A stretch of DNA of 64,000 nt, taken from the NCBI GenBank assembly GCA_963665115.1, contig OY762007.1, positions 448,001 to 512,000 on the forward strand, given 5' to 3'. The number at the start of each line of letters is the position of its first letter. Position 1 is the stretch's first letter. The translations under genes were made by a program, and so were the position numbers. Shown here in pieces: positions 1 to 11,228 of this stretch. Below the pieces are notes generated by a model. The model made no database searches. It was not told the origin of the DNA and saw nothing but the letters and a program-made list of their open reading frames with translations. This DNA comes from an uncultured Rivularia sp. (GTDB lineage Bacteria; Cyanobacteriota; Cyanobacteriia; Cyanobacteriales; Nostocaceae).

Positions 1-135
1 TTAAAAATTGTAGAGACGTAGCACTGCTACGTCTATTGTTAAGTTAGGAGTCAAAAGTTAGGAGTTGCAAGTTATAAAATAACGAATAATCTAATAATTG
101 ATAATTGATAATTGATAATTGATAACTGTATAAAA

Positions 136-2277
136 ATGTTGGGAAATACACTTGTTGGAAGATACCAAATAATTAGTAATTTGGGAGGTGGGGGATTTGG
201 CGAAACCTTTGTTGCTTACGATACGCATTTACCGGGTTCTCCTCAATGTGTTGTTAAAAAGCTGAAACCTCAAGCAAACGATCCTACTACTTTACAAACT
301 GCAAGACGTTTATTTGATACAGAAGCTCAGGTTTTGTATAAGCTGGGAATACACGAGCGTATTCCTCAACTTTTAGCTTATTTTGAAGAAAATCAAGAGT
401 TTTATCTGGTACAGGAATATATTTACGGGCACGATTTAGATGAAGAAATAAAGCCTGGAGAACCTATAAGTCAAGATCGAGTTATTTCCCTTTTACAAGA
501 GATACTAGAAATCTTGGAATTTGTCCATCAGCAAAAGGTTATTCATCGCGATATTAATCCACGAAATATTCTCAGGAATGATAAAGATGAAAAGCTCGTT
601 TTAATTGATTTTGGAGCAGTTAAACAAATTACGACTCAGCTAGTTTCCCCGGCTAATCAAACACAAATTACTGTAGCTATTGGTACTCCAGGATACATTC
701 CCGGCGAACAAGCTCAGGGAGAACCAAAGTATAGTAGCGATATTTATGCTTTGGGAATAATGAGTATCATGGCACTCACAGGATTGTCTCCCGACGAGTT
801 GGAAAAGGATGATGATACCAACGAAATTGTCTGGCAAAAACACGCTGAAGTTAGTCAAGAGTTGGCTGAAATTATAGATAAGATGGTGCGTTATGATTTT
901 AGACAGCGTTATTCTTCGGCAACTCAAGCAAAAGAGGCACTTAATAATCTTAATAAACCAGCTTCTTCTAATACGATGGTATTGAATGTTGCACCCCATT
1001 CACAAGTTTTCAAACCTCGTAAGAAGATTGAATTTAAAAAAATATTTATTAAAGCTTTTATGGCGCTGTTGCTAACTGGGGCTGGCGCAACTGCATCTCT
1101 ATTTATTCTTAACAGTATTAATACCGCTAACGCTGGCGACTTATATAAAAAAGCTAATACATTTTACGAGTTGCAGCGCTATGAAGATGCGCTAGATAAT
1201 TATCAACAAGCGATAGACATTAAGCCGGAATACGCTCAAGCATGGAACGGACAAGCTAAAGCACTGTATGAGTTAGATTCACATGAAAAAGCGCTTTCTG
1301 CATATGATAAAGCAATTGAGCTTGAGCCAAATTATCTAGATTCTTGGAGAGGAAGAGGTTTTGCATTAAATAAGTTAAAGCGATATCAAGAAGCTATTTA
1401 CTCTTTTGACAAAGCTTTGAAATTACAGCCAGAATCTCCCGAAGTGTTAAATGCTAAGGGGCAGGCTTTGAGTAATTTGAAGAGATATGATGAAGCTATA
1501 AATTCCTACGATAAAGCCGTAGAATTGCAGCCAGATTATGACCAAGCTTTGTACAATAAAGCATGGGTTTTATATAATTTGAAACGCTATAAAGATGCGC
1601 TCGCCACTTACGAGCAAGTTATCTATTTAAAACCGAATAACGAACGAGCTTGGTACAATAGCGGCAATGCTTTGATTAACTTGAAGCGCGAAAACGATGC
1701 TATTAAAGCATACTCTAAGGCAGTGCAGTACAAACCTAATTTTTACCAAGCTTGGTTATCCAGGGGTAACGTACTAATAAGTTTACGGCGCTATCCGGAA
1801 GCTATTGATTCTTTTCAAGAAGTATTAAAATATAATCCTGGCAACTTTGATGCATTGTATTCTCAAGGTTGGGCATTGCATCAAATGCAGCGTTACGAAC
1901 AAGCAATTATATTTTACGATAAAGCTATTGCAGTCAGACGAAACAATTACAAAGTATGGTACAGTCGCGGCAATTCGCTTTACAATTTGCAGAAATATCA
2001 AGAAGCATTATCTGCTTATAATCGCGCTGTTCGCTATAAAAAAGATCATGCGGAAAGTTGGTATAGCAAAGGTAATGTTTTAGTTAATTTAGGCAAAGAG
2101 AAAGAAGCATTAACAGCTTACGATACCGCAATTAAATATAATCCAGATTACCGGGAAGCGATTAAAGCAAGGAGGAAGGTACAGGAAAGATTAGAAGAAC
2201 AATTAGAAGATAAAGATCAAGATCAAGATAAAAATAAAGATAAAAAAACAGGATTTTTAAATTTTTTTAGAAGGTGA
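136..2277 (+). CDS. Ser/Thr protein kinase (Hanks type) with TM helix and C-terminal TPR array
   Basis: GGGGFG P-loop, VVKKL, HRDINPRN, DFG and GTPGY motifs; hydrophobic FMALLLTGAGATASLFIL; about 10 TPR repeats. ATG at 136 (MLGNTLVGRY) preferred over the ORF-track start at 112. Confidence 0.92.
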   Translation: MLGNTLVGRYQIISNLGGGGFGETFVAYDTHLPGSPQCVVKKLKPQANDPTTLQTARRLFDTEAQVLYKLGIHERIPQLLAYFEENQEFYLVQEYIYGHDLDEEIKPGEPISQDRVISLLQEILEILEFVHQQKVIHRDINPRNILRNDKDEKLVLIDFGAVKQITTQLVSPANQTQITVAIGTPGYIPGEQAQGEPKYSSDIYALGIMSIMALTGLSPDELEKDDDTNEIVWQKHAEVSQELAEIIDKMVRYDFRQRYSSATQAKEALNNLNKPASSNTMVLNVAPHSQVFKPRKKIEFKKIFIKAFMALLLTGAGATASLFILNSINTANAGDLYKKANTFYELQRYEDALDNYQQAIDIKPEYAQAWNGQAKALYELDSHEKALSAYDKAIELEPNYLDSWRGRGFALNKLKRYQEAIYSFDKALKLQPESPEVLNAKGQALSNLKRYDEAINSYDKAVELQPDYDQALYNKAWVLYNLKRYKDALATYEQVIYLKPNNERAWYNSGNALINLKRENDAIKAYSKAVQYKPNFYQAWLSRGNVLISLRRYPEAIDSFQEVLKYNPGNFDALYSQGWALHQMQRYEQAIIFYDKAIAVRRNNYKVWYSRGNSLYNLQKYQEALSAYNRAVRYKKDHAESWYSKGNVLVNLGKEKEALTAYDTAIKYNPDYREAIKARRKVQERLEEQLEDKDQDQDKNKDKKTGFLNFFRR

Positions 2278-2366
2278 TTCAATTAACAATTTTTAACCAA
2301 AAGGTTTGTAGTAAGGGCTTTAGCCCTTTAATTGAGGACTAAAGTCGGCACGTAGAACAAGGTTTC

Positions 2367-3554
2367 TTAAATTTCACCCGAAAAAGCACGTTGAGCCAAG
2401 GAATTAAACAGTTGCTCGGCAAGTTGTGCATCTCGATCTAATTTATTTAGCCATGCGTGAAACTTTAAAAACCAACTACCAAATTCATGTTGTTTTTCTT
2501 GGGGAGGATTAAGAAAAATAATATCGGAAAATTTACTTTTAGTTACTAAACCTTTGATGGAATTTGTCGATTTAGCTTGAACTAAATGTTGAGCTACAAA
2601 GAAATGACTGTATAGAAAATAAGGATTTATGCCTTTTTTAGGAATAATCGCATTAATTTGTTGATTAAATGTAACTTCTCTATGTGTTAATGCTGCTCTA
2701 CCGATGCTATTCTGACTACCTGCAATGCAAGTTACCAAAATTGAGCCAGATGGTACGGTTCTTCCTATTTGTTTTCCTTGGTATGATAACTTTTCTACAG
2801 CTTCTGTGATGAAATGATCCGGGGTTGTAATGTTATCGGATTTTATCCACTCAATACAATCGCCGTAATTTTCAGGATTGGCTCTTGGTGGTGTATTTCC
2901 TATCATAACTTTACCTAAATTTCCGATTTTTTCTAATTCCCATCCATAAGGATTTGCAACCGGATTGCCGAACATTTCCAGAAACTGCGATCGCAACAAG
3001 TTTTCTGTAAGTTTAATCGCTGCTTCTCGTTTACGACGTATTCTATCAGCTTTGTCTAAAATAGCAGCAATTCGATGCTGCTGAGGTAAAGATGGCAGGG
3101 TAATTTTAAGTTTTTCAATCCGAAAAAGCGCTAGTTTTGGTTGATTTGTAGCCTTTACTTGCTTCTTTATTTCATGCTGACCTAAAGTATTTAAATAATA
3201 AGCTAAATAGCTTCGATCTAATTTATTTTTATCTCTAATAACAAGTTTGGCTGCATTCTCAGTGAAATTTGCACCACAAAGGTGTTTGGGAACAATCCCT
3301 GCAATACCGATGCTTCCGGCAATAGATATATAAACATCTTCGGTGGAAATGGTATACTGCGAAATTTTAGAATGTGTCTCTTTAGTTAAATAGCGCAAGT
3401 TTGTTTCATCTATCGATCCAGAAGCAAAATCGCAGACACGCAGATATGGATGCTGTGTACGATTCGGAGCATATTTATCTCCTTTGGGTAGTCTTTTTCC
3501 TCCTTTAACAGTTACTAACTCACCAAGATGACGAATTGGATAAATAAGTTTCAA
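2367..3554 (-). CDS. hsdS: Type I restriction-modification specificity subunit
   Basis: Two TRD-like halves separated by the conserved LPSLPQQHRIAAILDKAD...FLEMFGNP spacer; ends LFNSLAQRAFSGEI; overlaps the hsdM stop. Confidence 0.93.
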   Translation of the reverse strand: MKLIYPIRHLGELVTVKGGKRLPKGDKYAPNRTQHPYLRVCDFASGSIDETNLRYLTKETHSKISQYTISTEDVYISIAGSIGIAGIVPKHLCGANFTENAAKLVIRDKNKLDRSYLAYYLNTLGQHEIKKQVKATNQPKLALFRIEKLKITLPSLPQQHRIAAILDKADRIRRKREAAIKLTENLLRSQFLEMFGNPVANPYGWELEKIGNLGKVMIGNTPPRANPENYGDCIEWIKSDNITTPDHFITEAVEKLSYQGKQIGRTVPSGSILVTCIAGSQNSIGRAALTHREVTFNQQINAIIPKKGINPYFLYSHFFVAQHLVQAKSTNSIKGLVTKSKFSDIIFLNPPQEKQHEFGSWFLKFHAWLNKLDRDAQLAEQLFNSLAQRAFSGEI

Positions 3555-4954
3555 CCCAATAATTCCTCTAAATCGTTCAAATCCTGCTGAATCTCATTCT
3601 CCAATTCCCGCATCTTTTGTAAAATCACCTTTGGCGGCTCATACTCTACCTTTTCATACTCAATTTCTTTGTAGCGATGGATTGATAAATCGTAACTATT
3701 CTCTTTTATCTCTTCCTTAGCAACAAAAAATGCTTTATTGGTGGGTGTATTCTCCTGGAAATTTCTTTGCTTCCACTGCTGCAACAAATCCGGAATATCA
3801 TTATCTTCCACTGGCTGACGTTTATCATCTAAAGAGAAACCATCTGCTTGCAAATCGTAAAACCAGACATAATCGGTTCCTCCAACCCCAGTTTTTGTGA
3901 AAATCACCACCGCTGTTGATACTCCCGCATAAGGCTTAAATACCCCAGAGGGCATGGAAATAATTGCTTCTAATTTATGCTCCTCGACCAATATTTCGCG
4001 GATATTTTGATGTGCTTTTGAAACTCCAAATAACACTCCATTCGGTACAATTGCCGCTGCTCTTCCGCCAATCTTTAATAACCTGAGAAATAAAGCAATA
4101 AATAATAATTCAGTCTTCCCAGTATCAATTACCTTAATTAAATTCTTGGCAACAGTAGACTTTTCCACCGAACCTTTAAAAGGTGGATTCGCCAAAATTA
4201 AAGTAAACGCCTCACTAATTTCCTCATATTCTTGAGAAAGCGAATTTCGCGCTTCAATTTGCGGGTTTTCCATGCCGTGTAACATCAAATTCATGCTGCA
4301 AATTCGCAACATGGTGCGATCAAAATCAAATCCGTGAAACTGGTGATTAAGAGATGCATTTAAATTGCTTAAATATTCCGCCGCAGCAACCAAAAACCCT
4401 CCAGTACCACAAGCTGGATCGCAAATAGTGTCTGTAACTTCCGGTGACATCAATTCCACTATCATCTTAATAATGTGTCGCGGGGTGCGGAATTGTCCGT
4501 TAGTGCCTGCTGCGTTCAACTTCGAGAGCATATACTCATATAAATCTCCCGATATATCCCTATCTTCTATCGGAATACGATCAATTTGTTTCACCACATT
4601 AGCTAACAATGTGGGACTAGAAATTAAAAAAACGGCATCCTTCATGTGCCGAGTATAGGCGTTTTCCCCTACAGTTGCTGCCAAATTTTTGATAAAAGGA
4701 AAAGCCTCATCTCGCACAATTTGCAACATTTCCTCCGAATCGGCGAGATTCTTAAAAAAACACCAGCGATACCGCTGTTGCTCTGGGGAAAAAATCGGCT
4801 TATCCAAAGATTTACCCAACTCCAAATCATCCAACCGCTTAATAAATAACAGGTAAGAAATTTGCTCTATCGCTGCAAGGGGATTACTAATCCCATTATT
4901 CCAAAAAGTAGTCAAAAGGCGGTCAACCTTTGACTTCATCTTACCCGTTATCAT
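3551..4954 (-). CDS. hsdM: Type I restriction-modification N6-adenine methyltransferase subunit
   Basis: GQFRTPRHII, motif I DPACGTGGFL, motif IV ANPPF, FKPYAGVST; likely start MITGKMKSKVD (ATG at 4954). Confidence 0.95.
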   Translation of the reverse strand: MITGKMKSKVDRLLTTFWNNGISNPLAAIEQISYLLFIKRLDDLELGKSLDKPIFSPEQQRYRWCFFKNLADSEEMLQIVRDEAFPFIKNLAATVGENAYTRHMKDAVFLISSPTLLANVVKQIDRIPIEDRDISGDLYEYMLSKLNAAGTNGQFRTPRHIIKMIVELMSPEVTDTICDPACGTGGFLVAAAEYLSNLNASLNHQFHGFDFDRTMLRICSMNLMLHGMENPQIEARNSLSQEYEEISEAFTLILANPPFKGSVEKSTVAKNLIKVIDTGKTELLFIALFLRLLKIGGRAAAIVPNGVLFGVSKAHQNIREILVEEHKLEAIISMPSGVFKPYAGVSTAVVIFTKTGVGGTDYVWFYDLQADGFSLDDKRQPVEDNDIPDLLQQWKQRNFQENTPTNKAFFVAKEEIKENSYDLSIHRYKEIEYEKVEYEPPKVILQKMRELENEIQQDLNDLEELLG

Positions 4955-5036
4955 ATTCTCAATGAACAATTATCAATGAACAGTCAATGCACTTAACAAA
5001 CCAACCTATCATCTAATAATGATAATTGATAACTGA

Positions 5037-6830
5037 TTACTGAATATTAATTTCACCTAAATAGGTTCCCATTTGGAAATCATTGATTCGAGTATTTGTT
5101 GTACTGCGAATAAATGAGTCTGTATTATCGATTGCAGACTTGATTTCCGATGCAGCAGCTTTGTCTAATTTGGCGATAATACGCTTTTTACTGTTGTACT
5201 CAGCTAGTTTGACTCGTGCTTTAGCGAAAACTGGCGTATTTTCGGGTACCTTTTGCAGATATTGAATAGCAGTATCAAACTTACCTAATTCTGCTTGGTT
5301 ATAAGCTTGTTGTAAAAGGTAAGTTGCTCTTACAAGCTGCTTTTGCTCGTATTCTGCTAACTTTTCCGCGATTAAATTACTATCTGAAGATTCTCTGGGA
5401 ATTTGACGCAGGTAATGTAAGGCAGTGCTAAAGTCTTTTTCTGTAGCTTTTTCGTAGGCTTTTGCAAGGTACTCGTCTTTCTGCAACTCAATATAAGCCC
5501 GCGCTTGCTTTGCCAATACATCTGTTTTTGTTTGCCAATATAAAATATCGGGAAGATCGACTGTATGGTTAATTACATCTCCCCAGCGTTTTTGTTCGGA
5601 AGCTATTTTAGCGGCTTCGTATTTCTGAGCAGCAATTTGCCATTCCTGCTGCCATTCACCAATTGTAGCTTGGGCTTCTGGATAAACATTGCTATCACTT
5701 GGAATCGATTTTGCTAGGGCGATAGCACCTTGCAAATCTCCAGATTGAAATTCCTTTTGTGCTTCAGATAATGTTTGATTTTCTCCTAATACTGGAGAAT
5801 GATTCATTAAAGAATAAGCTCCAAATCCGATAATCACGGAATTAGCAGCTAAACCAATTTTCATTCCTGTTAATAAAGGAGATGAATTCTCCAAATTCGA
5901 TTTTTTGGAACTTCTAAAATAGTTATGATTTTGAGGAGCCTCTGAGTAAACGGTATACTCGGCATCAATAATTTGAGAAGCTGGATCTATAGGAATTTGT
6001 TTGAGTGCTTGCAGTACATCTGAAGTCGTTTTAAAACGTTCTTGATGCTTGTAGCGAACCATTTTGCTAATCACAGCAGCAACATAATCGCTAACTGCGG
6101 TGTTTCGACTACGCCACAATACTTCATTATTTGATGGGTGTTTTTTTAATTGTAGAGGAGTTAATCCCGTCAAAGCCTGAATCGCAATCATTCCCAAAGC
6201 ATAAATATCGCTCGAAGGTTGGGTTTGCCCGATAAATTGTTCTGGAGGTATATAACCAAGAGATGTAACGGGAATTGAATAAATAGGTAATACTTCGTCT
6301 GCTCCAAAATCAACTGGTTGAATGGAACCGAAATCAATTAATACTAATTTACCATCCCTTGCACGTCGAATTAAATTCTCTGGCTTCACATCGCAATGTA
6401 TTACACCTTGAGAATGAACGTATTCCAGAACGCTTAAAACGTCTTTTAAGAACTTAACAACGCCGTTTTCGCTCCATAAATACTCTGGATTTTTATTTTC
6501 TGGTAATTCCGCACTTAGGGAATGTCCCTCAATAAATTCTTGTACCAAATAAAAACGTTCGTTTTCTTCAAAACAAGAAATTAGCTGAGGAATTTGTTTG
6601 TGATGTCCCAGATGTTTGAGAGTACGAGTCTCCGTAAGAAAACGCAACCTTAAATCTTGTAAAAAACTCGGTTGTAAACTAGTTACCTTGAGTTGTTTTA
6701 CAACACACTTAGGGTTGTTCGGATGTTCTATGTCCACTGATATGTATGTCTGTCCAAATACCCCTGCACCGAGGCTTTGGACAATTTGGTAACGCTCTTG
6801 CAGTACCTTTCCAATCATGTAGTTGGTCAT
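5037..6830 (-). CDS. Ser/Thr protein kinase with TM segment and helical-repeat C-terminus
   Basis: LGAGVFG, HCDVKPEN, DFG, GYIPPEQ; hydrophobic IGLAANSVIIGFGAYSLM; repeated A..L..IP..S motifs. Confidence 0.88.
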   Translation of the reverse strand: MTNYMIGKVLQERYQIVQSLGAGVFGQTYISVDIEHPNNPKCVVKQLKVTSLQPSFLQDLRLRFLTETRTLKHLGHHKQIPQLISCFEENERFYLVQEFIEGHSLSAELPENKNPEYLWSENGVVKFLKDVLSVLEYVHSQGVIHCDVKPENLIRRARDGKLVLIDFGSIQPVDFGADEVLPIYSIPVTSLGYIPPEQFIGQTQPSSDIYALGMIAIQALTGLTPLQLKKHPSNNEVLWRSRNTAVSDYVAAVISKMVRYKHQERFKTTSDVLQALKQIPIDPASQIIDAEYTVYSEAPQNHNYFRSSKKSNLENSSPLLTGMKIGLAANSVIIGFGAYSLMNHSPVLGENQTLSEAQKEFQSGDLQGAIALAKSIPSDSNVYPEAQATIGEWQQEWQIAAQKYEAAKIASEQKRWGDVINHTVDLPDILYWQTKTDVLAKQARAYIELQKDEYLAKAYEKATEKDFSTALHYLRQIPRESSDSNLIAEKLAEYEQKQLVRATYLLQQAYNQAELGKFDTAIQYLQKVPENTPVFAKARVKLAEYNSKKRIIAKLDKAAASEIKSAIDNTDSFIRSTTNTRINDFQMGTYLGEINIQ

Positions 6831-7165
6831 GAGCTAGTTACTTAATCACTCCACTACTAAGGTTTTCGCAGCATCCTTTATATTTCCGGAAATCCTTATG
6901 ATTTAATAGCTTGGAGCATTTATTTATTATTCTGTAAATGCCATATATACTGAAACATATGTATGTTTTTATATCTTTTTAAAGTTATATACCTTTTTAA
7001 GTACTGAGTAACAAGTATTTCCATCGCTTTAGAGTATAGGCATTAATTTTTACCAACACCATACTTCCGTAGAGAGATTTTTTGTATCATGTATTGCTAC
7101 ACAGTATACGGTGAGGGAGTTAGGAGTAGAGAATAAGTTATTCTTCCCCTTGTCCCCTTGTCTCC

Positions 7166-7265
7166 CCCTTCGGGTATCTCCTCCGGAGACGCTGAGCCGC
7201 ACGCTCCGCGTGAACGCTAACACCACTCCCCTCAACGGAGGGAACCTCCGCACGGGGGTGGATTC
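7166..7265. repeat. GC-rich nested palindromic small dispersed repeat
   Basis: CCACTCCC...CGGAGG-GAA-CCTCCG...GGGGGTGG nested hairpin plus TCTCC-TCC-GGAGA, inside a pyrimidine-rich STRR-like tract; resembles Nostocales small dispersed repeats (SDR). Confidence 0.6.
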
Positions 7266-7376
7266 ACCATCTCCTCACCTCATATCTATAAACTTTTGTA
7301 TCTACACTCGGAATTTTCGAGCAAAATCTTTGATAAATAACAGAGCTATTTTTATACTAATATTTTGTACTGGCTA

Positions 7377-8036
7377 ATGAAAACTGAAAAGAAAACAGGG
7401 GAATGGTGGAAATATGTACTCTTATTCACATTACTTTTGACATTTAGACCAATTTCGTTTTTTATCAGACAGGCGCAAAGCGGGCACCCGTTAGATGTTA
7501 ACTACTTTTGGACTGAATTTTCACCATTTGGATTATTTCAACATTGTTACAACGGTAACGGCGGTAAGGATTGGAAAATCGGTGAATGTAAAATCACAGT
7601 TTTAAATGCTGAACAATTGCGTACTCTACCTTTATTAAGGAAATTTGCGCTCTCTCTTGTGAATAGAGATCGTAATATAAATAATTTATCCTCTTTGCGA
7701 AAAGATAAATTACTTTCTCAAACAGCGCAGCTTCATGCAGAAGATATGCTTTCGAGACGATATTTTAATCATGTGTCCCCCGAAGGTACAACTCCCCGTC
7801 AACGGTATGTAATAGTTGGTGGTAGTAACTGGTTAGGAGTTGGCGAAAATATAGCTAAAGGTGGCACTAAAGGTTTAGCGTTGACTTACGGTGAAGTAGA
7901 AAAATGGCAGCGTGGTTGGATGTACAGTAATGGACATCGCGCTAACCTTCTTACTCCGGAATACAGAAAATTTGGCTATGGTATTGCTACTGGTGCTGAT
8001 GGGCGGAGTTATGCAGTTCAGATGTTTTCCAATTAG
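7377..8036 (+). CDS. CAP (SCP/PR-1) domain protein with N-terminal hydrophobic anchor
   Basis: AQLHAEDMLSRRYFNH, GENIA, WMYSNGHRANLL, YAVQMF motifs; ATG at 7377. Confidence 0.88.
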   Translation: MKTEKKTGEWWKYVLLFTLLLTFRPISFFIRQAQSGHPLDVNYFWTEFSPFGLFQHCYNGNGGKDWKIGECKITVLNAEQLRTLPLLRKFALSLVNRDRNINNLSSLRKDKLLSQTAQLHAEDMLSRRYFNHVSPEGTTPRQRYVIVGGSNWLGVGENIAKGGTKGLALTYGEVEKWQRGWMYSNGHRANLLTPEYRKFGYGIATGADGRSYAVQMFSN

Positions 8037-8235
8037 AAGCTTCCCACAGAATTTTTAGAACATTTTTTAGAACATAAAAATCTATGAAGCTATAGCAATT
8101 TCAATGATAAATTCTGTTCCTTTTCCTACTTTTGAATTACAAAATAATTTTTAACTCCTAATTGCTCGCTCATATCTCATATCTCCTAACTTACTAATAA
8201 TGGGATATTGTTAAAGAACAAAGAAATGTAAAGTA

Positions 8236-9408
8236 ATGATGAAGCTGGCAGCAAGAATTAGTCAGGTATCACCTTCTCTAACTTTGGCGATCGCCGCGAA
8301 AGCCAAGGCTATGAAAGCGGAAGGTATTGATGTTTGTAGCTTTAGTGCTGGGGAACCGGATTTTGATTCACCAGCCCATGTTAAAGCTGCTGCAAAGAAG
8401 GCATTGGATGAGGGTAAGACAAAATATGGCCCTGCGGCTGGGGAACCCAGGTTAAGGCAGGCTATAGCCCAGAAGTTGCAAAGGGAAAATAATCTGGATT
8501 ATCAAGCAGAGAACATCATCGTTACTAATGGTGGTAAGCATTCTCTGTTTAATTTAATGCAGGCTTTGATTGAACCGGGTGATGAGGTAATTATTCCCGC
8601 GCCTTACTGGGTAAGCTATCCTGAGATGGTTAAATTAGTCGGTGGCAATCCAGTAATTGTCATGACGGATCAAACAAATGGGTATAAAATTCAGCCGGAA
8701 ATTTTAAGAAGTGCAATTACGCCAAAGACTAAATTATTCGTTTTGAATTCACCATCAAATCCTACGGGAATGGTGTATACACCCGAAGAAATCAAAGCTT
8801 TAGCGGAAGTTATTGTTGAGAAAGATATTTTAGTAGTTTCCGACGAAATTTACGAAAAAATCCTTTATGACGGTGCAAAACATCTGAGTATCGGCTCTTT
8901 AAACGACGAAATATTTGCCCGTACCATTGTTAGTAACGGTTTTGCCAAAGGTTACTCAATGACGGGTTGGCGTTTGGGTTATTTAGCTGCACCCGTGGAA
9001 TTAATTAAAGCCGCAACCACCGTTCAAGGTCATAGTACATCTAATGTATGTACCTTTGCTCAATATGGTGCAATTGCTGCCTTAGAAGAATCGCAAGATT
9101 GTGTTGAGGAAATGCGTCAAGCTTTTGCAAAACGCCGCAAAGTGATGTTGGAAAGAATCAATGCGATTCCGGGATTAAGTTGCGCTAAACCCGATGGTGC
9201 ATTTTATTTATTTCCAGATATTAGTGAAACCGGCTTAAAATCCTTAGATTTCTGCAAAACTTTATTAGATGAGCATCAAGTAGCAGTAATCCCCGGTGTC
9301 GCTTTCGGTGCAGATAATAACATTCGTTTATCTTACGCCACCGATATGGCAACAATTGAAAAGGGGATGGATCGATTGGAGAAATTTGTGAAATCGGTTA
9401 ACGGTTAA
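8236..9408 (+). CDS. aspC: Aspartate aminotransferase (class I PLP-dependent)
   Basis: [35 protein letters not shown]-lysine motif. Confidence 0.93.
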   Translation: MMKLAARISQVSPSLTLAIAAKAKAMKAEGIDVCSFSAGEPDFDSPAHVKAAAKKALDEGKTKYGPAAGEPRLRQAIAQKLQRENNLDYQAENIIVTNGGKHSLFNLMQALIEPGDEVIIPAPYWVSYPEMVKLVGGNPVIVMTDQTNGYKIQPEILRSAITPKTKLFVLNSPSNPTGMVYTPEEIKALAEVIVEKDILVVSDEIYEKILYDGAKHLSIGSLNDEIFARTIVSNGFAKGYSMTGWRLGYLAAPVELIKAATTVQGHSTSNVCTFAQYGAIAALEESQDCVEEMRQAFAKRRKVMLERINAIPGLSCAKPDGAFYLFPDISETGLKSLDFCKTLLDEHQVAVIPGVAFGADNNIRLSYATDMATIEKGMDRLEKFVKSVNG

Positions 9409-9775
9409 CAGTGAGCAGTGAGCAGTTATCAGTTGTTTATTATTAAATAGCTGGTAACTGTTTTTTTCCGATTCGGAGTATGCGCTTAAGCGTAAAATAA
9501 CTTTGAGTGCAATAAACTTATATATTAAGTAATTCTGACATAGTTGATATTGATAGCGAGTAAAATTAAATAATTAATCTATTTAAAATACTTGTTTACA
9601 GATTTATGGATAAATGGGAATTAGAAGCAAGATTTTTGGAAAATCCTCAATTGTTAGCAATGCTATCTAAAACTAAGTTAAAAGATTTATTATCAAAAAA
9701 GTAGATGACAAAATTCAAGTTTTTTCACCATTTTAGTTTTAAAATAAGTTAATAACGTAATAATAACTTTGGTTT

Positions 9776-10048
9776 ATGCAAGCAATATTTTTTAGTCGCG
9801 AAGAAGTTGCCCGACGTGCGAAGCTACTATACGAAAATGGCATACGTCAGAAGGTTGAGTCAGAAGATAATATAGGTAAAATGATTATTATTAATATTGA
9901 AACAGGTGACTATGAGATAGACGAAACTGGCTTAAAAGCAGCACGTAACCTACGTCAAAAATATCCAAACGCAAGACTTTTCGGTATTCGTATTGGTTAT
10001 AAGGTTGCGGCATCATTTGGTGGTGGTATGGAGCGTGTATCTAAGTGA
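9776..10048 (+). CDS. Small hypothetical protein translationally coupled to a clan AA aspartic protease
   Basis: 90 aa ORF with GKMIIINIETGDYEID...RIG motif; its stop overlaps the GTG start of the protease. Confidence 0.75.
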   Translation: MQAIFFSREEVARRAKLLYENGIRQKVESEDNIGKMIIINIETGDYEIDETGLKAARNLRQKYPNARLFGIRIGYKVAASFGGGMERVSK

Positions 10049-10410
10049 TTTCTGGTATCGTTATTAATAGACACGCTACAGTCAGATTAACATTTCTACT
10101 TCCGAATGGCTCAAGCTTACCAATTGAATTTGTCATAGATACAGGGTTTACTGACCATTTATGTTTGCCTTCAGAGACAGTTACTCTACTAGGCTTGCCT
10201 TTTATATATGATATTCCTGCGAATTTGGCAGATAATAGTGAGGTTTCCTTACCAGTTCACGAAGCTATTATTATATGGAATGGCGAAGAACAAGAAGTTC
10301 GGGTAATTGCTACAGGAAGACGACCTTTACTTGGAACCGCTTTATTAGATGAGCAAGAACTTGTGATTCAGTTTACCGAAGGTGGATTGGTAACAATTGA
10401 AGGGTTATAA
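10045..10410 (+). CDS. Clan AA (retropepsin-like) aspartic protease
   Basis: VIDTGF catalytic motif and PLLG motif. Confidence 0.85.
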   Translation: MISGIVINRHATVRLTFLLPNGSSLPIEFVIDTGFTDHLCLPSETVTLLGLPFIYDIPANLADNSEVSLPVHEAIIIWNGEEQEVRVIATGRRPLLGTALLDEQELVIQFTEGGLVTIEGL

Positions 10411-10416
10411 CTACTT

Positions 10417-10837
10417 TTACAAAACCGTCAAATAAGTATCTTTCCCTTGCTCCGGTAAAACTCGTAATTTTTGATTATTCAAATCGGGTTCTAATCCTAA
10501 ATCTTCTGGCATATATTAATCCCAATAATGGCTCGCAATCTTCTGGCAATTCAATACAGTTAAATACTCCTTCCCTCCCTTCAACAGAGAGATTCAGCAT
10601 TTTAAAAACACGAACCTTTTCTACTCCTGTTGCCCTGTTCACATCTGCTTCCCCTTGAAGAGGTAATCCCAACTCAAGAATAATATTTTTAGGCAAGCAA
10701 AGTCTTGTTGCTCCAGTGTCAACTAAAACGTTATCTAATGTTATTGAACGAATTTGTTCTGTAGGAATAAACCCTCTTTTAGCTAAAGTCAGATCGATTT
10801 GGTTGGTAACTTTAATTGTAGTTGTGACTTTGCCCAT
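10417..10837 (-). pseudogene. Retropepsin-like aspartyl protease with frameshift near 10512
   Basis: LVDTGAT and PLLG motifs; after LLGLI a family-like tail PEDLGLEPDLNNQKLRVLPEQGKDTYLTVL* continues in another frame to the stop at 10417. Confidence 0.75.
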
Positions 10838-10857
10838 GTTTCATTTATAAATGTTCA

Positions 10858-11228
10858 TTAGTTCTCTACATCTTCAACACTATGGTGTTCATACTCAGTG
10901 ATAATATTGCTAATCTCCGAAGCTGTAATGTCAGCTTGTTTAGATTTTGTATAAATAGTCAGCAAAATGATACCTGTTGCTGTTTTGAGGTAATAAATGA
11001 GTCGATAGCCACCGCTTTTACTTTTTGAATGTCGCTATTACGAACTCGTAATTTAAAAATTGTATAATCAGTTCCAGATATTTTGTCTCCTGGTAATTCT
11101 CCTTGTTCAAGTTGTTCGATTACAGGTTGTATATCATTACGGATACTGCGATATTTTTTTGCTAAAGTTCGTAGATTTTTATGAAAGGTTGGTGCGATTT
11201 CGACTTGAATAAACTGCTGCTCAGACAT
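10858..11228 (-). pseudogene. RelE/HigB-family toxin with 1-bp frameshift at about 11021
   Basis: Adding one G at CAA AAA G^T AAA restores DIQKGKSGGYRLIYYLKTATGIILLTIYTKSKQADI, the RelE/HigB GKSGGxR signature, ending TAA at 10858. Confidence 0.8.

Noticed and set aside
7050..7377. ORFs 7050-7253 and 7111-7377
   Set aside because: They translate the dispersed repeat and STRR sequence.
9606..9704. 32-codon ORF MDKWELEARFLENPQLLAMLSK...
   Set aside because: Short, no RBS or family signal; at most a gene fragment.
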